A stretch of DNA of 61,609 nt, counting the filler. It is 4 parts of 4 records of this genome, joined end to end, with 100 filler letters (N's around TTAATTAATTAA, not from the genome) between each part and the next. Parts side by side here need not be neighbours in the genome. Positions count along the whole stretch, not along the records: positions 29,088 to 44,663 come from SRR22947727_4996; 3 more parts are not named here. The stretch is one strand, 5' to 3'. Position 1 is the stretch's first letter. Every line of letters begins with the position of its first letter. This document shows positions 29,089 to 39,036 of the stretch, in pieces. The translations under genes were made by a program, and so were the position numbers. The notes below the pieces were generated by a model, which did no database searches, was not told the DNA's origin, and saw only the letters and a list, made by a program, of their open reading frames with translations.

Positions 29089-31854
29089 GATTCTGATTTG
29101 AAAGCAATTGCTGATCTTAGAAACGATTTAGATTCTGAATCAGCTGTTATCAGAACTTTATCAAGCGCTGGCTCATCACCTTTCACTGATTCTGATTCAA
29201 TTCATAGAATAGCTCTTAAATCTAACCCTATTAGTTTAGCGGATTCAAGAGCATTAAGTATAGGCAAATCGTTACCTGACTCAGGTACTTCGCAAGTAGG
29301 TGATTTCTTTATTAGCTGGGATTCAGAAGAAACTATTTACCAGTTAAGACCTGCAACTCAATATAATACAAATATGTTATCTGTAGGTTCTTTTTCATCT
29401 AACAGTGTAATTTATACTTCTGGTACTCCTTCAGGTGCAAACAATGCTACAACACCTAGTACGTTTCCTTCACCTATAGGAGCTGGTAGCTATACAAGAT
29501 CTTTTCATACCAATCACTCTAACGGTGGAGGTTACATAACATTTACGTTTTCAACTCCTACACCAGTGGTTTATTTCTATGTTACTGGTAGTGATGCAAA
29601 CGCTAGAATTCAAAGAATTAATTATGAAAACGGGGACTACGCTTTAAACGCATCTAATTCTAATCCTTCTTTTTCAGAAAACATTACGTGGTATGGAACA
29701 ACCCAAAGTAAAGTCGTAAACGGTAATGGCTCTTTTGATGCTAGACATCCAGATGACGCGTCTATTAAAGTAACCAGTATTCAGTTTAGAACTTATGACA
29801 GATCATGGGTCAACTATTATTGGTTGTTCATGAGTTCAGCAAATGAGTGGGTACCATGTGGTAGAATTTTAGATAGTGATTCCATCAATAAAATTATTGC
29901 AGAAAACAGTTCAGGTTTTGCAACTACTTCTTTTGATTCAGATCAAGTTGTATCCATAGTAAACGAAAACTCCGGAGTTAACTTTATTGTAGCTAACAAC
30001 GGATCGGCAGCTTATACATTTACCGGTGATGGTTTTCCATCTGGTGTAGATAATCCTACCTTATATCTAAAAAGAGGTCATACATACAGATTTAAACTTG
30101 CAGTTACGGGTCACCCATTTGAGATTAGATCTTCAAATGGAGGTTCTGCATACAGTACAGGGGTCACTAATAACTCAGCACAAACTGGTGTGACTACATT
30201 TACTGTACCTATGGACGCTCCTGATACTTTAGTTTATCAATGTACTTTACATTCAGGTATGGTTGGTACAATTAAAATTGGAAGGCAAGGTTTTGATTCA
30301 GATCAGATAGTTGCTATTATTAATGAGAATACTACCGCGGGTTCAATTGATTCTGATGTAGCTGCTATAGCTGCTTTAAGAAGAGATGCTGACAGTGATA
30401 GTATTCGTATTCAAGAAATAGCTACTTCGCTTGAACAGATTAATGAACTGGTTGATTCCGATCTCAAAGCAATTGCTGATCTAAGAAATGACGTTGACTC
30501 TGATTCCATTAAGTTACAAGCATTACAAGAGACTGTTGCTGGTTTAAGCGTGGGCGCAGGTTTTGATTCAGATCAAGTTGTAGCTATTATAAACGAAAAC
30601 ACAAGCTCAGGTTCTGGTTCTGGAATGACAGATTCAGATCTAAAAGTTGTAGCTGATCTTAGAAACGAAGTAAATGCTTTAAATTTATCAGCCGGCTCCA
30701 TCGACCAAAACGCTACATTTACAACATTCAAGTATAAGACAACAAATGGTCAAACAACAATTAGTGGTGTTGATAGAGACAACCAAACTCTAAGCTACGT
30801 CGCTGGTAGTATTAATGTATTTCTCAATGGTGTACTGCTAAACGATTCTGATGACTATACTGCATCTAATGGTAGTTCAGTAGTCCTTCAATTAGCAGCT
30901 GACTCAGATGATGTTGTTGTGATACAAAAAGTAGCTTCTACTTTAGATTCAGAAACTGTACAATCAATATGGAATGATAATTATCAAGCACTTGATATTT
31001 CAAGATTTGATTTTACAGCTATACAAAATCAAACAACATTTACTGGAGCTGATGATAACGGTGCTACTCTTAGTTACTTTACTAATAAAGTTCAAGTATA
31101 TTTAAACGGTATCTTATTATTAAGAACTACAGACTACACTGATACATCTGGTACAAGCATAGTTCTTACTCAAGCAGCTGATTCAGATGATAAATTATCT
31201 ATTATCAAATACATAGGTCAAACAGCAACTGAAAATCTCAATATTACAAGATTCACATATGGTTTTGGCGATGCAGGTAATGGTACAGTAGGTACAACTA
31301 ACATATCTGGTAATGATGATAACGGTAACTTGTTATCATATGGTGTAGGTAAAATACAAGTCTTTTCTAACGGTATATTGTTAGAAGACTCAGAGGATTA
31401 TATTGCTAATGATGGATCTAGCATTATACTTCAACAAGGCGCTGACTCTGATGATAAAATAAGCATCATCAAATACAACGGTGCAATTCAAAGAGTTGAT
31501 GGTGTAGGTTTTGATAGCGATCAAGTTGTAGCAATAGTAAATGAAAATGCTAGCTCTGGTACTACCACTTTAGCACCTACTGATTCTGACTATACATCTT
31601 CAGCAGGTCAGACACTAATTATGGATACAAGCAGTTGGCCAAGAACAGTTACTCTTCCATCATCTGCTTCTTTAGGAGATTTAATTAGAGTTATTGACGG
31701 AACAGGTTCTGCAGCTACAAATGTAATTACTGTTAATAGAAACGGTCATAAACTTCTTGGAGGAGATAGTGACATGTCTATAAATATTAATAGATCAGGT
31801 ATTTCATTGATATATTATAACACAGCTCAAGGATGGATTTTACAGGACAACTAA
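29089..31854 (+). CDS. Phage virion fibre/structural protein with DSD repeats and a cupredoxin-like domain (5'-truncated)
   Basis: FDSDQxVxIxNEN x4, DSDLKxxADLRN x3, three VFLNG-type beta repeats, HPF...YQCTLHSGM domain, phage fibre-type C-terminus. Confidence 0.75.
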   Translation, partial: DSDLKAIADLRNDLDSESAVIRTLSSAGSSPFTDSDSIHRIALKSNPISLADSRALSIGKSLPDSGTSQVGDFFISWDSEETIYQLRPATQYNTNMLSVGSFSSNSVIYTSGTPSGANNATTPSTFPSPIGAGSYTRSFHTNHSNGGGYITFTFSTPTPVVYFYVTGSDANARIQRINYENGDYALNASNSNPSFSENITWYGTTQSKVVNGNGSFDARHPDDASIKVTSIQFRTYDRSWVNYYWLFMSSANEWVPCGRILDSDSINKIIAENSSGFATTSFDSDQVVSIVNENSGVNFIVANNGSAAYTFTGDGFPSGVDNPTLYLKRGHTYRFKLAVTGHPFEIRSSNGGSAYSTGVTNNSAQTGVTTFTVPMDAPDTLVYQCTLHSGMVGTIKIGRQGFDSDQIVAIINENTTAGSIDSDVAAIAALRRDADSDSIRIQEIATSLEQINELVDSDLKAIADLRNDVDSDSIKLQALQETVAGLSVGAGFDSDQVVAIINENTSSGSGSGMTDSDLKVVADLRNEVNALNLSAGSIDQNATFTTFKYKTTNGQTTISGVDRDNQTLSYVAGSINVFLNGVLLNDSDDYTASNGSSVVLQLAADSDDVVVIQKVASTLDSETVQSIWNDNYQALDISRFDFTAIQNQTTFTGADDNGATLSYFTNKVQVYLNGILLLRTTDYTDTSGTSIVLTQAADSDDKLSIIKYIGQTATENLNITRFTYGFGDAGNGTVGTTNISGNDDNGNLLSYGVGKIQVFSNGILLEDSEDYIANDGSSIILQQGADSDDKISIIKYNGAIQRVDGVGFDSDQVVAIVNENASSGTTTLAPTDSDYTSSAGQTLIMDTSSWPRTVTLPSSASLGDLIRVIDGTGSAATNVITVNRNGHKLLGGDSDMSININRSGISLIYYNTAQGWILQDN
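29932..31548 (+). repeat. Dispersed ~39-nt coding repeat (FDSDQxVxIxNEN), 4 copies
   Basis: Copies begin near 29932, 30292, 30562 and 31510. Confidence 0.85.
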
Positions 31855-31855
31855 T

Positions 31856-32857
31856 ATGGGAAAAAATTTATCAGATATAAGAAAAAATTCATCTGTAAGT
31901 ACAACCATCATGATTGATTCAGATGGATTACTGCCTGATATTAATCAGGCTTATGACGAAGGGGATATAGTTTTTTCTCGCAGTTCAAATAAAATGTATG
32001 TGTCAGAAGGATCGTATTGGAGAGATTTTCAAACTGCTACTCTAAACCCTGCTGTTGAGATACTTTTAGTTGCTGCTGGAGGAGCTGGAAATTCTGGTGG
32101 TGGCGGAGCTGGAGGTCTTCTTTATTATGGTTCTGAAAATCCTAAAACACCAAACGGTAGTGCTCAATCTCTTGATGATGGTGTAACTTATAATATTGTT
32201 ATTGGTAGTGGAACAGATAGCGAAGGAGAGGATACTACCCTTGTTGGCGGAGCATTAAACTTTGTAGCCCAAGGTGGTGGAGCAGGTAACTTTGGTGCGG
32301 TTGTCGGATCTGGACGTGCAGGTGGATCAGGTGGATCAGGCGGTGGCGGTGGTGGCAACGTTGCAACTGGAGGAGCACTATTAACCGGTGGCGCAGGTGT
32401 TTCTGGGCAAGGTAATAATGGTGGTTATGGTCGAGAGATTGGCAACTCACCAGCCGGGGGTGGCGGAGGCGCCGGCGCGGTAGGTGGAAATGCTGGTAAT
32501 AGCACCAGTACAGGAGCCAATTCATCAGTCGGTGGTGCAGGTTTAGCTTATTCTATAACAGGCTCATCTGTTACTTATGCTGGTGGCGGTGGTGGTGGTT
32601 CACATAATGCTGGTGCAGCAAATGGTGGTGCTGGCGGCGGTGGTAACGGCGCTGAAAGCACTGGAACTGCTACAAACGGCACTGCAAATACCGGCGGTGG
32701 TGGTGGCGGCGGCGGTGGGACGAATAACCCAGGTGGCTCAGGAGTAGTAATAATTAGATCTTCAAAAACATTATCAACAACAGGTACAGTTTCAGCGACA
32801 ACTGATGGAGCATATTACATATACACATTTACCGGCAATGGTACTGTTGCAGCATAA
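31856..32857 (+). CDS. Glycine-rich phage virion protein
   Basis: LLVAAGGAG, GGGGAG, YAGGGGGG, ANTGGGGGG, GGSGVVIIR, YTFTG. Confidence 0.75.
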   Translation: MGKNLSDIRKNSSVSTTIMIDSDGLLPDINQAYDEGDIVFSRSSNKMYVSEGSYWRDFQTATLNPAVEILLVAAGGAGNSGGGGAGGLLYYGSENPKTPNGSAQSLDDGVTYNIVIGSGTDSEGEDTTLVGGALNFVAQGGGAGNFGAVVGSGRAGGSGGSGGGGGGNVATGGALLTGGAGVSGQGNNGGYGREIGNSPAGGGGGAGAVGGNAGNSTSTGANSSVGGAGLAYSITGSSVTYAGGGGGGSHNAGAANGGAGGGGNGAESTGTATNGTANTGGGGGGGGGTNNPGGSGVVIIRSSKTLSTTGTVSATTDGAYYIYTFTGNGTVAA

Positions 32858-32888
32858 TTGTATACAAGTAAGAAGGATTAAATAGAAT

Positions 32889-34346
32889 ATGGCAAATCGT
32901 AGATCTAAATCATTTTTAATTTCAAGGCTTCTTACTAGTAATGGAATTATACAAGATTCAAAACTAAAACGTGCTGCAACACTTGACAGCGAAGAAATTT
33001 TAGATTTTGATTTATCAATTGAACCTGAGACATTTACATTCAATGTTGATGCGCCAGGTTCAGGTCAAAATGCTGCGTGGAAATGGTCATGGGATGCTGG
33101 TACTGTTGCATATGATAGGGGTAAAATATCTAACGTAACTCAAGGTAATGTGCCATTGTACAAAAAAGGTACATATACATTACGTAACTTTGCAGCTAGA
33201 GATTTACACAGCGATATGACTCAAACTCATAAGTTGTATTTAAAATGGCTTGATGGCGCTGGATTAGATAATCTTGTTACATCTGCTGATGGTGTTACTT
33301 ATGATTCAGAAAATAATATTCTTAACCCTGTAACTAATACTAGAATGTCAACACAAAGATTAAATATTGTAATTGATTCTGATTTTAGCGTACCCAATTC
33401 TTTTACTAACCCATCTGTATCTTATAATGTTAACGCGGTAGCTGGTGCATATGTATTCAGTGGAAGTGCAACAGGTAACAATGTAACATTAGGTCCAGTA
33501 TATAGAGGTGGTACATACACTTTTGTTTTGAATAGTGACACTGCAGGTCATCCTTTTTACATAACAACAGACAACGGGGATAATTTTGTCTCAGGTAGTT
33601 ATGTAGGAGAGTACACAACTGGTGTAACAAACTCTAGAGCAAACGGATCAGCTACAGTTACTTGGGTTGTTGATTCTGATCTAACTAATAATACTATGTA
33701 CTACCAATGCGGTGTGCACGGTGCTATGAGGGGTACAATTAATATTAAGACGTTAAAAGCTGACTCTGATGGTAATGGTGACCCTGTTCTTTATTTTCAA
33801 CACACACAAGAAGGACATAAAACTCAAGCAGAGATAAGAGAAGTACCAACTATCCCTGACAATGTATGCTTAGTTTATAACGCAACTACTCAGAGGTTTG
33901 AGCCTCAAGACATGGGCCAGTATCTAGATAACACACCTCAGTTTAGTGATAAGATCACATCTTTAGTGACACAAAGCACATTCGATTCTGAAAGTGCTGC
34001 TGTTGTTGCAAAAGAAAATACAGTGTTTAATATATCAATGTATCAACAAGATGATCTATCAGTACACACAGGAACCGCTAGATGGTATGCGCCTTTTAAT
34101 CTACAAATTAATTCTATAGTGGCTAAATTAGGTACTGCTGCAGATGGTACTGTAACTGTTGATGTTAATAAAAACGGATCAAGCGCTGAAACGTTTTCGT
34201 TTTCAGCTAGCGCAACCACAGCTACGGTAGGTGATCAAAACATAACTATGAACGAAGGGGATTATTTATCTATAGATGTTGATGCTATCGGTACAACAGC
34301 TAAAGGTAAAGATCTTATCGTTCAATTCAAGTACTTTAAATTATAA
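32889..34346 (+). CDS. Phage structural protein with cupredoxin-like domain
   Basis: YRGGTYTF...GHPFYI...YYQCGVHGAMRGTI. Confidence 0.65.
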   Translation: MANRRSKSFLISRLLTSNGIIQDSKLKRAATLDSEEILDFDLSIEPETFTFNVDAPGSGQNAAWKWSWDAGTVAYDRGKISNVTQGNVPLYKKGTYTLRNFAARDLHSDMTQTHKLYLKWLDGAGLDNLVTSADGVTYDSENNILNPVTNTRMSTQRLNIVIDSDFSVPNSFTNPSVSYNVNAVAGAYVFSGSATGNNVTLGPVYRGGTYTFVLNSDTAGHPFYITTDNGDNFVSGSYVGEYTTGVTNSRANGSATVTWVVDSDLTNNTMYYQCGVHGAMRGTINIKTLKADSDGNGDPVLYFQHTQEGHKTQAEIREVPTIPDNVCLVYNATTQRFEPQDMGQYLDNTPQFSDKITSLVTQSTFDSESAAVVAKENTVFNISMYQQDDLSVHTGTARWYAPFNLQINSIVAKLGTAADGTVTVDVNKNGSSAETFSFSASATTATVGDQNITMNEGDYLSIDVDAIGTTAKGKDLIVQFKYFKL

Positions 34347-34349
34347 ATA
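34342..34349 (+). promoter_or_regulatory. T4-type late promoter TATAAATA
   Basis: Exact consensus 15 nt before the ATG at 34365, followed by a GAGG RBS. Confidence 0.7.
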
Positions 34350-34364
34350 TCACAAGAGGTAACA

Positions 34365-34607
34365 ATGGCTACAAGTTTTACAAAAGATAACATCATACAT
34401 CAAGATTCAGATGGTAATGACGTAACCACAACGATGAATTACAGCGCTGAGCTTTCAGGACAAAATGCTAAAATCTATTCTATAGATGATGGCGTTTCTA
34501 CTCTTATTAAAGAGCAGCCATGGAAAACAAATAGCGATGGTTCTAGAACAACATGGGCAGACGAAGCTGATGTTGTGAGTTGGTTTCAAAGCCAAACTGA
34601 AATTTAA
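34365..34607 (+). CDS. Phage hypothetical protein
   Basis: 80-aa ORF with RBS (GAGG) and late promoter. Confidence 0.7.
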   Translation: MATSFTKDNIIHQDSDGNDVTTTMNYSAELSGQNAKIYSIDDGVSTLIKEQPWKTNSDGSRTTWADEADVVSWFQSQTEI

Positions 34608-34618
34608 AGGAGTTAGAA

Positions 34619-36454
34619 ATGGCAATCATTAAAAAACCATCTAAAAAAGGTGTAACCGCTATCTGGGAAGATAATAGACCAGGTAGTAATTGGATTTATA
34701 TTGAAGGAGAAGGTCATAATAAAACAACTTTAGCTCCTGTTTTTAACACGGCTGCGGTTTTTAAAGTGGGTACAGGTAGTACTACTGATTACGAATACAC
34801 TACTCCTATTTGGACGAATTACAGGACCGGTAATGCTGGTTATAACACTGCTGGACCAAGAGCAGGTACTGGTAGTACTGTATTTTTAACCAAACCTGTA
34901 GCTCATGATCACAAAAGTACAACTGACGGTAATTCTGGACAAAATAATATTGATACTAGTCATATGAGATCATTAGATCCTAATAACCATTCCAGCTATT
35001 ATAAAAGATTTGTTGCGTCAGATGGTGGTACAAACTCTGTTAGAATGATTCAAACGTATCCAATATGGAGTTGGTATCAAGTATTATCTGATCCTAATAG
35101 AAGTGATAGTAGTTTATTACACGATTACGGCTCAGGAGAAATAGCTGTTAGCAGCGGAGGTACAACTTCTAATAACATTACTATTGATCATATGATTCAA
35201 CCTACGTGTTTAGGAGATACTGATACTAGAATTTCATTCATATCTAGTGAATGGAGAGTTTCATATATGAATAGACCTTTTGAAGGTGTAGGTCATATTG
35301 ATTTTGATGATCCTAACTCTTCAACTAATGTTAACCTTACTCAAAGATCTTATTATTTCGTACAATTAATTGGTAGAAGCTCACAGGATGATAAACCAAT
35401 TTATTTGTATAACAATACCACCAACGAACATTCACAATATATTACTAAACATAACGTAAGTGCTAATACAACAACTGATCTTCATACCTTTACAGCTGTT
35501 CCTACCACAACTAATACTTTATATGGTGGTGCAAGAGGATATACCACAGTTGGTAAAACATGTAATTATTCCAGTACATGGTTTTCAAAATATAACGATA
35601 GCGATACTAAAGTGTTTTATGTTCCATATTTTGATGCTAACTACGACTATCATCCTTTCGTGTATGAATGGGATACAACAGATGATTCTTTTACTAGAGG
35701 TCAAGCAGACAATATCGCTGATGCCAGCTCTGCAAGATTTCAAGGTCATATAAGCGTTCAACCATCTAATGCAGGTCATTGTTCTGTTATGTGGAACGAA
35801 ACATTTGTAAATAGTGGTAATAGATATCTTAGTCTTATGGGTATGACAAGTCAACACGAAGCTCATGATACTGTAGCTAATGCTAGAAAAATTATTAGTT
35901 ATTCTGTAAGTAGTACTGATGCAACTGCACTGACATATCACAGTGAAGTAACAGTACCAAAAACAATTCGTAATGCTGTATTTTTAAACGATGCAAAGAC
36001 GTTACTAGGTGTTATTGGTTACGAAACTGTTTATACTTATGCATGGAATAATACTAATGGTTGGGTAAGAACTGGAACAATACCTGGCGCATTTACTACA
36101 TTAGGTAGAGATAGTACTGATAGAATTTGGGGTACAGAACACAATGAAGGTCAGTATGCTAACATTCATGTTATTACACCTAACACACCTATTAGTATTA
36201 CTGTTACTCCAGCTTCTGCTACTTACAATTATACCGGTGCTACAATTACTAGTACAGTAGATGTTAGTGCATTTGATATCAACGGAGATAGAATTGCTAC
36301 AGATGTTACTCTTACAATTGATGGCTCTACAATGACGTTTGGAGATGATACTACTAGTACAACTGTAACAACATCAACCAGTGCAGAGACGTCTCAAGCT
36401 ATTAAAATTACAGGCGCAGGTTTAAGTGATATTGTTGCTAATGTAAGTCTTTAG
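34619..36454 (+). CDS. Phage structural protein, beta-rich (possible propeller plus Ig-like C-terminus)
   Basis: AGGAG RBS; Thr/Ser/Asn/aromatic-rich 611 aa. Confidence 0.6.
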   Translation: MAIIKKPSKKGVTAIWEDNRPGSNWIYIEGEGHNKTTLAPVFNTAAVFKVGTGSTTDYEYTTPIWTNYRTGNAGYNTAGPRAGTGSTVFLTKPVAHDHKSTTDGNSGQNNIDTSHMRSLDPNNHSSYYKRFVASDGGTNSVRMIQTYPIWSWYQVLSDPNRSDSSLLHDYGSGEIAVSSGGTTSNNITIDHMIQPTCLGDTDTRISFISSEWRVSYMNRPFEGVGHIDFDDPNSSTNVNLTQRSYYFVQLIGRSSQDDKPIYLYNNTTNEHSQYITKHNVSANTTTDLHTFTAVPTTTNTLYGGARGYTTVGKTCNYSSTWFSKYNDSDTKVFYVPYFDANYDYHPFVYEWDTTDDSFTRGQADNIADASSARFQGHISVQPSNAGHCSVMWNETFVNSGNRYLSLMGMTSQHEAHDTVANARKIISYSVSSTDATALTYHSEVTVPKTIRNAVFLNDAKTLLGVIGYETVYTYAWNNTNGWVRTGTIPGAFTTLGRDSTDRIWGTEHNEGQYANIHVITPNTPISITVTPASATYNYTGATITSTVDVSAFDINGDRIATDVTLTIDGSTMTFGDDTTSTTVTTSTSAETSQAIKITGAGLSDIVANVSL

Positions 36455-36463
36455 GAGTTAATC

Positions 36464-37675
36464 ATGAGATTTGGTATTAGGTCTAATGGTTTTGACTCAG
36501 AGCAACATCCTGTTCAAACTTTTGCAATTCGTAACGGTGGAAGAACTAGGATAAGTGCATCTGGTTATCCCAGTTGGCCAACACATATTAAAACTCATCT
36601 TAACTTACTCGATTACTCTATTAACAGTACTGGTTCTGCAGACCCTATAGAAGGTTTTCTTTCAACTAGAGATCCAATTCACAGAGCTAAATTTAGAGGT
36701 CACGAATCTGGACAACAACTAGAAGACTTTTATGTTGATTCTGATTCATTGTCTGGTGTAAGAGGTATACAAAACATTGGTAATAAAGATGGACTAAATA
36801 TTGATGGTACTAATGGTGTAGTTACCTTTTCAACACCTGACAGTGAAACTTTAGGTCAATTTTATACTATGTTTTTTGTTTGGTATCCAAGAGAAACCAA
36901 CTCAGGATGGAGAACATTTTACAGAGGTAGCAATGATCATCAACCTATGGTACAAGATAATACAAGAAATTTAGGGTTTTATTCAAATAGAGTTGGTAAT
37001 TCTTTTCACGATACAGGTTATGACATTGAATTAAAATGGCAAACAATGGTTGTGGTAGGTAAAGGTACACCAGCCCAAGATGGTAATGGTGAATCTTTAT
37101 ACTATGTAGATGGTGAATACGTAGGTTCAGTTCCTAGAACAAAAGCTGGTTCGACGTGGAGTACTTTTGGTTACGCTAGTCAGTATCCTGGTTACTTTAG
37201 AGAATTTGGAATAATGGGTACTGCTTTAGACTCTGATGAAGCATTAGAGTTTCATGGTTTGTTAAAAGCAGTATCATTGGATAAAGATCAAATAATTCTT
37301 GATTCTGGTTACGAAGGTGATTTAAAACACAATGCAGATGATAGCGATTCAGCTTTATCTTTTGATTCAGATTTTAGTATAACTTACTACCCTCAATTAA
37401 CTAATAAAAACGAAAAAATGTCTCACAGAGATTCTGTTACAAATAGAGTAAGGATTGTTGTTGGAGGTCATTTAAGAGATCAATATACTCCACCATATGT
37501 GACTTCTATACAATCAAATAACAATCTTATACCTTACGATGGAGATGCAATTAAGAATGAAGATAATTTTGCAAGAGATATTAATGTAAGAAGACAAGTA
37601 CCGACCAACGTATCTGGCGGCGGTGGTGGTGGCGGAGATGCTGCTGCTGGTGGAAATACACAGATATGGTATTGA
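36464..37675 (+). CDS. Phage structural protein with LamG/ConA-like domain
   Basis: AGGAG RBS; YTMFFVWYP...WQTMVVVG...YYVDG pattern. Confidence 0.55.
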   Translation: MRFGIRSNGFDSEQHPVQTFAIRNGGRTRISASGYPSWPTHIKTHLNLLDYSINSTGSADPIEGFLSTRDPIHRAKFRGHESGQQLEDFYVDSDSLSGVRGIQNIGNKDGLNIDGTNGVVTFSTPDSETLGQFYTMFFVWYPRETNSGWRTFYRGSNDHQPMVQDNTRNLGFYSNRVGNSFHDTGYDIELKWQTMVVVGKGTPAQDGNGESLYYVDGEYVGSVPRTKAGSTWSTFGYASQYPGYFREFGIMGTALDSDEALEFHGLLKAVSLDKDQIILDSGYEGDLKHNADDSDSALSFDSDFSITYYPQLTNKNEKMSHRDSVTNRVRIVVGGHLRDQYTPPYVTSIQSNNNLIPYDGDAIKNEDNFARDINVRRQVPTNVSGGGGGGGDAAAGGNTQIWY

Positions 37676-37681
37676 TAAATA
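37674..37681 (+). promoter_or_regulatory. Late promoter-like NATAAATA
   Basis: GATAAATA 20 nt before the ATG at 37702. Confidence 0.5.
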
Positions 37682-37701
37682 CATAAAGTGAGTATACGTT
37701 A

Positions 37702-38994
37702 ATGGCTTATAATTTTGATTCTGATTTTTATCCAATGATGGTCCGCGTTGAAGCGGGTCCAGGCATTATTGTACACTTTGGAGAGAATAGTGACTTCGAA
37801 GGTGTGTTCAAAGTTGACTTAGATTCAGATTACGTAGTAGCTCTTATTAACGAACACTCGTCTTCAGGTGGAGGTTTAGATTCTGAATCTGTAGCTAATA
37901 TGGTTAGAGAGCATTCACCGTTTACAGATTCAGATCTGGGTGTAGTATCAGCTCTAAGAGACGAAGTAGATCAATTAAGATCAGATGCAGATTCTGATTC
38001 AGCAAAGATTCAAGCTCTACAAGAGATTGTAGACAATATGCAAACAGTTCTTAACGGTGATCAAGTGGAATTGTTAGATATTATACAGAGATTAGATTCT
38101 GATATGATAGCAATTGAAATACTTAAACGTAACGCTGATTCAGATGCTTTAAGAATTAAAGTATTAGTCTCTACTTTAGATTCAGATGGAAGATTGCTTG
38201 AAAAAGTAATACAAAACGAAGAAGATATAGCTAGACTTACAACTAATCAAGACTCAGATAGAGTAGCTGATAATGCTAAGTTCTCAGCTCTTACAATTGA
38301 TGATAGTACTATTAATGATATTATTGCTAGACTTGATTCAGATGAGATTGCTATTCAGCATGTAACAACTAGATTAAAAGTTGTAGAAGATAATTTAGAT
38401 TCAGAAATTACAGAGTCATATAACAAAAGAGCTATTATTAATACAAGATTACAACGTGTTGAAGATTCAGATTACTATGATTCAGACGCAGTGGTAAGAA
38501 CAATTGAACTTAATAGAATTAGTTTCTCTGATAGTGATATTTTAGCAGCTGCTATTAAAAAAGAAACAGAAGGTCACCTTTCAAAGATTATTAATCTAGA
38601 AACATTGTTAGGTGTTGGTGTTGTACAAGCTGCTGTACAATTAACAGACTCAGATCTTAATACAGTTGAATATACACAATCTGGTGTAGAGCTTTCAACA
38701 GATACAAAAATAGCTTGGCATGTTTATAGCTTGGGTGGCGGTGAGATTATTTCAAGAGAATTCACAATAGCTGAAGGTTCAAGTTTTAATCAAGTATTGA
38801 GAACTATAGCATACACTGTTAACAACGATGCTGTAGCAATGAATTATTTTGATAAGTTTGTGATAGATTATGATTCAGTTATCGATAATGACGATACGAT
38901 TCATTTTAGGTTCAAATCAGGGTTTGAAGACATGACATTTGATGCTGTCGTAGAATCATCTGCTGACAATGGTAGGTTAATTGTCACGCAATAA
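37702..38994 (+). CDS. Segmented coiled-coil (fibritin-like) virion protein with DSD punctuation
   Basis: Heptad-like helical segments separated by about 13 DSD and 2 DSE motifs. Confidence 0.55.
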   Translation: MAYNFDSDFYPMMVRVEAGPGIIVHFGENSDFEGVFKVDLDSDYVVALINEHSSSGGGLDSESVANMVREHSPFTDSDLGVVSALRDEVDQLRSDADSDSAKIQALQEIVDNMQTVLNGDQVELLDIIQRLDSDMIAIEILKRNADSDALRIKVLVSTLDSDGRLLEKVIQNEEDIARLTTNQDSDRVADNAKFSALTIDDSTINDIIARLDSDEIAIQHVTTRLKVVEDNLDSEITESYNKRAIINTRLQRVEDSDYYDSDAVVRTIELNRISFSDSDILAAAIKKETEGHLSKIINLETLLGVGVVQAAVQLTDSDLNTVEYTQSGVELSTDTKIAWHVYSLGGGEIISREFTIAEGSSFNQVLRTIAYTVNNDAVAMNYFDKFVIDYDSVIDNDDTIHFRFKSGFEDMTFDAVVESSADNGRLIVTQ

Positions 38995-39001
38995 AGAAAA
39001 C

Positions 39002-39009
39002 AATAAATA
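39002..39009 (+). promoter_or_regulatory. Late promoter-like AATAAATA upstream of gp18
   Basis: NATAAATA followed by a CAGGAG RBS and the gp18 ATG. Confidence 0.55.
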
Positions 39010-39036
39010 AAGAAGTAATATAACAGGAGTTTCGCA

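Noticed and set aside
29089-31548. CRISPR array or DGR template/variable repeat
   Set aside because: The repeats are in-frame, irregularly spaced and differ at synonymous sites; no cas or reverse transcriptase gene is present.
32090-32720. GGT/GGC simple repeats
   Set aside because: Explained by poly-Gly coding in a common phage glycine-rich protein.
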